A stretch of 64,000 bases of DNA, taken from Candidatus Latescibacterota bacterium. GTDB taxonomy: Bacteria > Latescibacterota > UBA2968 > GCA-2709665. A model generated the notes under the pieces. It saw only the letters and a list, made by a program, of their open reading frames with translations, did not search any database and was not told where the DNA came from. Shown here one piece after another: positions 57,328 to 64,000 of the stretch (positions are counted from its first letter, which is position 1; each line of letters starts with the position of its first letter). The position numbers and the translations under genes are program-made. The stretch lies in contig OZ241917.1 in assembly GCA_965203805.1 (NCBI GenBank), positions 960,001 to 1,024,000 on the forward strand, written 5' to 3'.

Positions 57328-58155
57328 CTACTGTGCCAGAACGTGTTTTCCGGGAAACAGCAAACCCATAACCGGAAACGTGAACACCACGAGGACAAAT
57401 CCCAGAATCGACATGAGTGCCGCGCGTTTTCCCTGCCACCCGGCGATCCTTCGGGCAGCCAGGTGCCCGGCATAGACAACCCATGTAACCAACAGCACCC
57501 AGAATGCCGGTTCGCTCCAGATCCAGAGCCGGTACATCTTCTGGTGGACCCACACGGAACTCGCGACAATGCCGGCGGTCAGGAACACGAAACCGAACGA
57601 AGCCGCGCGGCCGTTGGTCTGGTCGAGGGTATCCAGCGGCGGCAGACGTTCATAGAAGAAGCCCAGATGTTTCTTCTGAATCTCACCGAGCAGCATCACG
57701 TACATTGTCGCACTGACGCTGGAAATGGCGAACGCTGCATAGGCCAGAATATAGGCGAACACGTGGAGTTTGAACCATCCGCCGGTGTGCGCCACTCTTG
57801 GCGCTTCTTCAACGCCCATGAGGTTGGAAGCGGCAACGAGGTGCAGCACGGCCACGATGGGTACGACCAGCGCGCCCAGCGAACCACGGCAGGTTCCAAA
57901 TTCCAGGTAGAGAAAAACAATGACAACCAGCCAGGCGCATAGTGAAGGCAGCACCTGGCTGGATAGGGGAACCTGTCCTGTTGCAATCGCCATTCTGGCC
58001 AGCAGCGTACTGTGCAGCACCCAGCCCACGATGAGGCTCCAGAAACCGGGCGAGCCACCGAGGGCCTGCTTCCTTATAAAGTGTGTTGCATACGCGCACG
58101 CGCTGACGACATAGGCCACTCCCGCACCCGTCACCAGCAGATTCTGCAACCCCAT
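57328..58155 (-). CDS. CcsA/HemX-like cytochrome c assembly family membrane protein
   Basis: About 8 TM helices, WFKLHV, RLPPLDTLD, WIWSEP, GWQGKR; first gene of the hem operon. Confidence 0.85.
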   Translation of the reverse strand: MGLQNLLVTGAGVAYVVSACAYATHFIRKQALGGSPGFWSLIVGWVLHSTLLARMAIATGQVPLSSQVLPSLCAWLVVIVFLYLEFGTCRGSLGALVVPIVAVLHLVAASNLMGVEEAPRVAHTGGWFKLHVFAYILAYAAFAISSVSATMYVMLLGEIQKKHLGFFYERLPPLDTLDQTNGRAASFGFVFLTAGIVASSVWVHQKMYRLWIWSEPAFWVLLVTWVVYAGHLAARRIAGWQGKRAALMSILGFVLVVFTFPVMGLLFPGKHVLAQ

Positions 58156-58304
58156 AACGTCAGACCCCAAAGTGAAACGGCGTGTGAATCCGGCCTCCGA
58201 ACCACACGCCTTCGGTACCGGCGGCCGCGTCACTCCTCATTCGCCACGGGTCGTCCGGCTGCACCAGCCAAGGCCCCTTTGCGCGCCGATGCCGGACATT
58301 GAAT

Positions 58305-59504
58305 TTACACAATCCTATCTGCCGAATCAATCGAAATTCGGCAATTTCCGCCCGGTGCAACAACGCCGAGGACCACGGATCCTGAGGCGCCCGTCGCCGC
58401 GGGCAAATTGCCGGTCCGGCCTTCCACCGTCGCGTTCGCCAGTACTGCAAAGGCGATCGCCTCCTTTGCCTCCGACGGCACCCCCAGCGCGTCCGACTCG
58501 CAGATATCCACGCACGGAAGGGCACCGCGCAGCATTTCCATCAGAACCGGGTTTCGGGCGCCGCCGCCACTGACGGCCATTCTCGCCACGGGGATGACAG
58601 GCAACACAAACCTCGTTAACGCATCCGCAATACTTCGAGCCGTAAACGCGGTGGCGGTGGCGACAAGATCCTCACCGGACAAGCGTCCACGCCACGCCAG
58701 GACGTCCCGGACCAGCGTTGCACCGAATGCCTCCCGTCCGGTCGACTTGGGAGGCGCTTCTTTCAGAAAGGGATGGCGCATCAATTCCGCCAGCAGCGAA
58801 TCGGATACGTTTCCCGATGCGGCGTACAAGCCATTCTCGTCGCATGCCAGGCGTCCGCCGGTAATGACCCCCGCCAGCGCGTCCATCAACATGTTTCCCG
58901 GCCCCGTGTCGAATGCCATGACATCATCTGCGCAACACCCGGCGGGCAACACGGTGACGTTTGAAATTCCGCCGATATTCAGCAGCACGCGCCCCTCACT
59001 CACGGACCTGAACAGCAGATAATCCACCACAGGGACGAGCGGCGCCCCCTGCCCTCCGGCCGCCATGTCGCGCGCCCGAAAATCCGCGACCGTGGTGACG
59101 CCTGTGCGCTCCGCGATCACACTCGGGTCGGCGATCTGGAATGAGGATCGCGTCGTCACACCGAACCCACTGTATGCATCGGGCAGGTGATGCACCGTCT
59201 GCCCATGCGAACCGATGAGGTCCACGCCGGACATCGCCACGCCGGCCGTGCGGCACACCTCGAAGGCGGATCTTGCAAACCACTCTCCAAGAATGACATG
59301 AAGCCTGCAGATTCTCTCCACATTGACACTGCGCGCCTCCGATACTTCAAGGATCTCTTTCCGCAATTCCCGAGGGTACGGCAATCCGGCAAACCCGATC
59401 AGCCGGACTCCGGACTCCAATCGCCCGACCTCGACGAGCGCCGCGTCTACCCCATCGGCCGATGTGCCGGACATGAGCCCGATCACCCTGCGAAACCCGC
59501 TCAT
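58305..59504 (-). CDS. anmK: Anhydro-N-acetylmuramic acid kinase
   Basis: GLMSGTSADG, HGQTVHH, GGQGAPLVP, NIGGISN, DTGPGN, KEAIAFA. Confidence 0.96.
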   Translation of the reverse strand: MSGFRRVIGLMSGTSADGVDAALVEVGRLESGVRLIGFAGLPYPRELRKEILEVSEARSVNVERICRLHVILGEWFARSAFEVCRTAGVAMSGVDLIGSHGQTVHHLPDAYSGFGVTTRSSFQIADPSVIAERTGVTTVADFRARDMAAGGQGAPLVPVVDYLLFRSVSEGRVLLNIGGISNVTVLPAGCCADDVMAFDTGPGNMLMDALAGVITGGRLACDENGLYAASGNVSDSLLAELMRHPFLKEAPPKSTGREAFGATLVRDVLAWRGRLSGEDLVATATAFTARSIADALTRFVLPVIPVARMAVSGGGARNPVLMEMLRGALPCVDICESDALGVPSEAKEAIAFAVLANATVEGRTGNLPAATGASGSVVLGVVAPGGNCRISIDSADRIV

Positions 59505-60592
59505 GCACCACCCTCCACCTTGATTCGACAGAAGCCGCAGCGCTTACCTGAGCCGATATCCAGGTCCGATGCCCTGCGCACTCCACCAAGGAAATATCGG
59601 AAACCGACCACACCACGGTAAACCTTGCCGAAGACCTCCCGGTCCGAAACCACGCGTACCCGTTGCGCCTCTCTCCGTCGACGCAGTATTGGCACCGGGT
59701 GAAACAACACCCACAAGAGGCCGCAAAGCGCCGCCGCCGGCCGCCTCCAGTCGCGCTTCACCGTGCCGAGCAGTACCGTGCCCAACTCCATCAGAACCCG
59801 CGCCGGAAACACCCAGGCCAGCGAGAGCGCGGACAAATTCTTCAACACCATCACCAGCTGGTTCCTGTGATTCAGATATGCCTTCCGGAATGCCCTCGCA
59901 TCCAGTGACCAGCCACCATAGTGATAGACGAGCGACTCCGGAACGGATTTCACTCTGTACCCCACAAGATGGAAACGCCAGCACAGATCGATTTCCTCCA
60001 TGTGCATATAAAACCCCTCGTCCATGAGCCCGGTTTCCCTCAGGCATTCCACCCGAAGGAACATTGCGCCGCCAACCGCCCAGAAAATATCCCGCGATCG
60101 ATCGTACTGACCTCGATCCTCCTCGACCGTTTGAAACAACCGTCCCAGACAGAAGGTGTATCCGAGCATGTCCATCATCCCGCCCGCGGCCCCGCCGTAG
60201 TCGAATTTCCCGCGTTCACGAAGCGACCTCACCTTGGGCTGGCACACGCCTACCCGCGGGTCGGCTTCCATTGCGGCCAACAGCGGCGGCAACCAGCCAT
60301 CGGCGACTTCGACGTCGTTATTCAGCAGCATCGCATATTTTCCGCGCGCCACCTCCAGTCCGCGATTGCATCCCGCACCCATACCCTTCCCGCCCCCGAC
60401 GCTCACGACCCGGATCCCCGGAAACCGCGCCTGCGCACGCTGCAGGCTTCCGTCGTCGTACGGCCGGTCGTCGGCGACGATGACCTCGAACGGCACGCCG
60501 GTCGTTCTCGAATACAGGAAATCCAGGCACTTCAGGAGCACGTCCCCCAGAAAATGCGGCACGATTACAGACACGACGGGGTCAGGGGCCAT
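59501..60592 (-). CDS. Glycosyltransferase family 2 (WbbL-like)
   Basis: VSVIVP, LLNNDV, CQPK, EEIDLCWR. Confidence 0.92.
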   Translation of the reverse strand: MAPDPVVSVIVPHFLGDVLLKCLDFLYSRTTGVPFEVIVADDRPYDDGSLQRAQARFPGIRVVSVGGGKGMGAGCNRGLEVARGKYAMLLNNDVEVADGWLPPLLAAMEADPRVGVCQPKVRSLRERGKFDYGGAAGGMMDMLGYTFCLGRLFQTVEEDRGQYDRSRDIFWAVGGAMFLRVECLRETGLMDEGFYMHMEEIDLCWRFHLVGYRVKSVPESLVYHYGGWSLDARAFRKAYLNHRNQLVMVLKNLSALSLAWVFPARVLMELGTVLLGTVKRDWRRPAAALCGLLWVLFHPVPILRRRREAQRVRVVSDREVFGKVYRGVVGFRYFLGGVRRASDLDIGSGKRCGFCRIKVEGGA

Positions 60593-63023
60593 CGATCGCC
60601 TCCTGACGTCCGACCCGCTGCCGCAATATCTCCAGCGCCCTGGAGACCTCCCGGTCGGCGGGCGTCAACCGCAGGAGGGATTCCAGATCCGCAGCGGCGC
60701 CATTAAGGTTTCCAGTACGTTCCCTGGACGCGGCCCTGTTAAAAAGGGCACGCTCGACGCCGATATTGGCGTCGATCATCCGGGTAAAGAGGACGATTGC
60801 CGCATCGTAACGGCCTATTCGCATCTGCAACTCCGCCACGGCGCCCAGACGCGTTTCTTCATCGATCTGCTGCGAGTCCAGCACCACACTCAGCAACCGC
60901 TGCGTCTCCTCAGGTCGATCCAATCGATGCATCAGTTCGGCCATCAACACGAACCCCTGCCAGTGCTCGGGCGGCAGCGCGCGCGCCTCGCAGAATTGCA
61001 GAATCTCGTATGCGCCTTCCCGGTCACCCCGTTCGGCCATCGCTTCCGCGAGGTGAAGGAACACCGCCGGGTAATTGGCGAGCAGGTTGCGAGCGGTCCG
61101 ATTACGATGCACCGCCGGGTCCGACACGCCGCGATACCGATAAAGGTCCAGCAAGTGCTTTCTGGTATTCTGAACGTTGACCGGCGCGGCTTTTCGCCTC
61201 GACAGGCGAAACACCAACCCTTCCATCTTCAGAAAATCCTGCAGTCCCATCCTGTTGTCAACCGGCACGGTCAGCGCGAAATATACGGGTCTCTTCCACT
61301 GGTTCCAATCCACTATCTTCAATACCATGACATCCTGTACCCGCAAAACCCTGCCGGGCATTCCCCGGACGGTCCAATTCAGCCCGGCCGCCTGGACGTC
61401 GCGCGCCTCCGGCCAGAACCGACCGGACTGCTTCACTGCCATCCGCGTATGGACGGTCAAGACCTGATCGATATAGTCGTCCGTATACCGAATGGGGATC
61501 TTCGGCGCCAGATCCCTCAACTGCTTGATATACCAGGGGGTATTCAGCAGGCTCAGGTTCACCACGCGGACGTCCTTTCGGAGCCCCATCACCTCTTGCT
61601 GGAACCATAGCGGGAAACTGTCGTTATCCGCGTTGGTAAACAGGATCGCGTCGGGATCGCAGGATTTCAGGATATTCGCCGCGTAGTCGTACGCAAAGCG
61701 GTTCCCGGTCCGGTCGTGGGTCGGGTAGAGGCTTGCGGCCAACCCGCCCGGCATCGCGAGCAGAAGGCAGGCGGCGGCAACCGCCGGGACCCTGCCGCGA
61801 AGGCGGTACGCGCCGCGCATTACAGCCGACGCACCGATACCCATCCACACCGCGAACAACCCGAAGGACCCAACGAAAACGTAATCGCGTTCCCTCGGCT
61901 GCGGGTCTTCCATGTTGAGATATACCGACAACCCGATGCCCGAAAGCACGAAAAGCGCGGCAAAAGCCCAGAAGCGACCGCGGTCGCGGCGCCAGTGTTT
62001 CCACATGCCAAAGCATCCGAGGAGATACGGCACGACTGAAATTTGAACAAGCTGTACGTCGTGAGAGGTTGCCTGCCGGAAAGCGTCCGACACGAACCGC
62101 AGCCCCGGCACCGGAAACTGCGCGACGAAGTACTTTATGTACATCGTCAGGATCTGGAAGTCCCAGAATGGCGCCTTCCGGTTGAATATACCCAGCAGCA
62201 TACTATCCGCGCCGTATTGTTCGCGGGACAGAAACTTGATGAAATTGGCCCACGTCTCCGGATTATTCTCGTCGATCATGGGATTCAGTCCCGACCGGAT
62301 GTAGAGTGAGGCGTACGTCGAATAACCCGCAACGAAAAGGAGCGTCGCGTATGCCCAGAGTCGCGGGTCTCTCAATATCCGGCGCTTCCGAATCCAGATC
62401 AATGCGAGCAACGTGGGCACGGTCAAAAGACACAGCAGGTGCACGCCGCCCGCGAGGCCCATCAGATAGGCGATAAAAAACAATATCCGGTGGCGGTCTT
62501 CGTCGTCGGCGCGATCCATCCATCTCAACCCCAGCCATAGGGACAACGTCATCAGCATCGTGGAGAAACCGTACACCTCGGTCTCGACGGCATTGTACCA
62601 GAAGGTGTCCGAAAACGCCAGCATCAGCGCGGCCACGCCGCCTCCGATGGCGCGGGACACACATTGTGTACGCCCCTCGCCGCCTTCCCGGCACAGCAGG
62701 ATCAGCCGGACGGTGATCAGATACACGAACAGCACCGCGAGCGCGCTCGTAATTGCCGAGATGAGATTCATGGGATACGCGGGGTCGTCGCCGACCGGCA
62801 ACAACGTAAACAGACGGCCTACCAGCAAATAGAGCGGTGCGCCCGGCGGGTGCGGTATGCCCAGCGAATACGCGCACGCGACGAATTCCCCCGAGTCCCA
62901 GAACGAGACCGTCGGGGCCGCCGTCCGGACAAACACCGCCAAGGAAATCAGAAAGACGCCCGCGGCGCCCATCCGTATGAGACCGCGTCCGGCGGCCGGA
63001 TCGTCTGAAAGTGGCCTGGTCAA
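60582..63023 (-). CDS. DUF2723/TMEM260-like GT-C membrane glycosyltransferase with C-terminal TPRs
   Basis: TVSFWDSGEF, HPPGAPLY, AVETEVY, PRERDY, DNDSFPLW. Confidence 0.88.
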   Translation of the reverse strand: MTRPLSDDPAAGRGLIRMGAAGVFLISLAVFVRTAAPTVSFWDSGEFVACAYSLGIPHPPGAPLYLLVGRLFTLLPVGDDPAYPMNLISAITSALAVLFVYLITVRLILLCREGGEGRTQCVSRAIGGGVAALMLAFSDTFWYNAVETEVYGFSTMLMTLSLWLGLRWMDRADDEDRHRILFFIAYLMGLAGGVHLLCLLTVPTLLALIWIRKRRILRDPRLWAYATLLFVAGYSTYASLYIRSGLNPMIDENNPETWANFIKFLSREQYGADSMLLGIFNRKAPFWDFQILTMYIKYFVAQFPVPGLRFVSDAFRQATSHDVQLVQISVVPYLLGCFGMWKHWRRDRGRFWAFAALFVLSGIGLSVYLNMEDPQPRERDYVFVGSFGLFAVWMGIGASAVMRGAYRLRGRVPAVAAACLLLAMPGGLAASLYPTHDRTGNRFAYDYAANILKSCDPDAILFTNADNDSFPLWFQQEVMGLRKDVRVVNLSLLNTPWYIKQLRDLAPKIPIRYTDDYIDQVLTVHTRMAVKQSGRFWPEARDVQAAGLNWTVRGMPGRVLRVQDVMVLKIVDWNQWKRPVYFALTVPVDNRMGLQDFLKMEGLVFRLSRRKAAPVNVQNTRKHLLDLYRYRGVSDPAVHRNRTARNLLANYPAVFLHLAEAMAERGDREGAYEILQFCEARALPPEHWQGFVLMAELMHRLDRPEETQRLLSVVLDSQQIDEETRLGAVAELQMRIGRYDAAIVLFTRMIDANIGVERALFNRAASRERTGNLNGAAADLESLLRLTPADREVSRALEILRQRVGRQEAIDGP

Positions 63024-63174
63024 CCGTGTGTCCTCGACTGTGTCATTGGGAATCGCTCCATTTCTTCAGACGCCGCCATGCCGTATCGGTTCAATGCCCA
63101 TCCGGGGAAGGTTCATCTCCCTGGCATTCCGGTCCGGATTGCCGAGCCTCGTTTTCCACATCCTCGCCCGACGT

Positions 63175-63999
63175 TTACGCGATGGCGCCCGTCCCCGAAT
63201 CCTCGGGAGCTTCGATGACGCGCATCGATTTCCACTTGCCGCCCCTGAACCGCATCATAAAGATCAATCCGCCCGCAACAAGATAGAGGCTGATGAATAC
63301 CCAGGCGAAGTAAAGACCCCACCCGAAAGTCACGACCGACAGGTAGGTCGGCAGGACCATCACAAACCAGCCGAGCGCTATTGACGCAAACATGACGAAC
63401 CGCGTATCTCCCGCGCCCTTCACGCCGGCCGAGAAGACGATATAAAGCGCATCGAACACGCAGTAGAACGCAACAAACCGCAACAGGACGACGGAAATCT
63501 CCCAGACCTTTTCGAACGTCTCGGGATCGGCGCCGGAAATATACGGCCGCAGAAAGAAACCCGGCGTGAAGACATACCCTGCGGCCATCACCAGCATATA
63601 CGCCAGGCTGAGATGCACCGCGGACCACGTGCTGCGTTCCGCCAGGTCCACCCTGTCTTTGCCCAGGTATTGGCCGACGAGCGTTGAAACCGCGATACCC
63701 AGACCCATCATCGGCAGGAACGCGAGCGTATTGATGTTGAACGTCACACTCGTGGCCGCCAGCGCCGTCGTTCCCAGTTTACCGACCAGAAGGATGAACA
63801 TTGAAAAGCCCAGTATCTCCAGCATGAATTGAACGCCGTTCGGCAATCCGAAACGCACAAGCCTGCGCAACAACCCGCTTTCCGGCCGCCACCCGCTCAA
63901 CGTGTGAAAGTCGCCTCGGTATCGGGGCCGCATCATCAGGATGAAGAACACAACGGGGATCAGGAGGTGCGATACGACCGATGCCCAGGCGGCTCCTCG
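63175..63999 (-). CDS. MATE-family efflux transporter, 3' part (5' end outside the window)
   Basis: GAAWAS, FGLP, VGQYLG, GAGDT motifs. Confidence 0.9.
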   Translation of the reverse strand, partial: RGAAWASVVSHLLIPVVFFILMMRPRYRGDFHTLSGWRPESGLLRRLVRFGLPNGVQFMLEILGFSMFILLVGKLGTTALAATSVTFNINTLAFLPMMGLGIAVSTLVGQYLGKDRVDLAERSTWSAVHLSLAYMLVMAAGYVFTPGFFLRPYISGADPETFEKVWEISVVLLRFVAFYCVFDALYIVFSAGVKGAGDTRFVMFASIALGWFVMVLPTYLSVVTFGWGLYFAWVFISLYLVAGGLIFMMRFRGGKWKSMRVIEAPEDSGTGAIA

Positions 64000-64000
64000 A

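Overview
A 64-kb, GC-rich bacterial chromosomal window. The host is probably FCB-superphylum, Latescibacterota/Gemmatimonadota-like; this is inferred from a 'QNxPNPFNP' C-terminal-domain secreted protein, a DUF2723 gene, TamAB and expanded PhyH, sugar-isomerase and CehA families. Housekeeping blocks: DtxR-feoA-feoB iron uptake, tamA-tamB, clpB, lysine-riboswitch-asd, purN-mreB-mreC, galU, pcm, a ccsA-sirC-hemA-hemC-cobA/hemD tetrapyrrole operon, and MATE-DUF2723-GT2-anmK. These are interspersed with many catabolic enzymes of unknown substrate: a double-length UxaA/GarD, an Udh-like enzyme, a lactonase, a GalB-like enzyme, three TIM-barrel isomerases, two CehA/McbA hydrolases, two CE7 esterases, a transglutaminase-like protein and an OYE. 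No rRNA, tRNA, CRISPR array, integrase or full transposase was seen. The most unusual observations are: (1) a fused UxaA pseudo-dimer with complementary motif loss; (2) an active plus catalytically dead CE7 pair in a six-gene catabolic operon; (3) a REP-rich cassette bounded by an exact 39-bp duplicated terminator, carrying an antitoxin and a 7-codon toxin stump; (4) two abutting MITEs with different ends but a shared ERIC-like core; (5) a dispersed ~85-bp structured repeat; (6) a consensus sigma-54 promoter before clpB; (7) an ECF/anti-sigma/mini-secretin triad; (8) an unannotated 58-aa membrane protein; (9) a TMEM260-like glycosyltransferase operon. All family assignments come from motif recognition by eye, not database searches.
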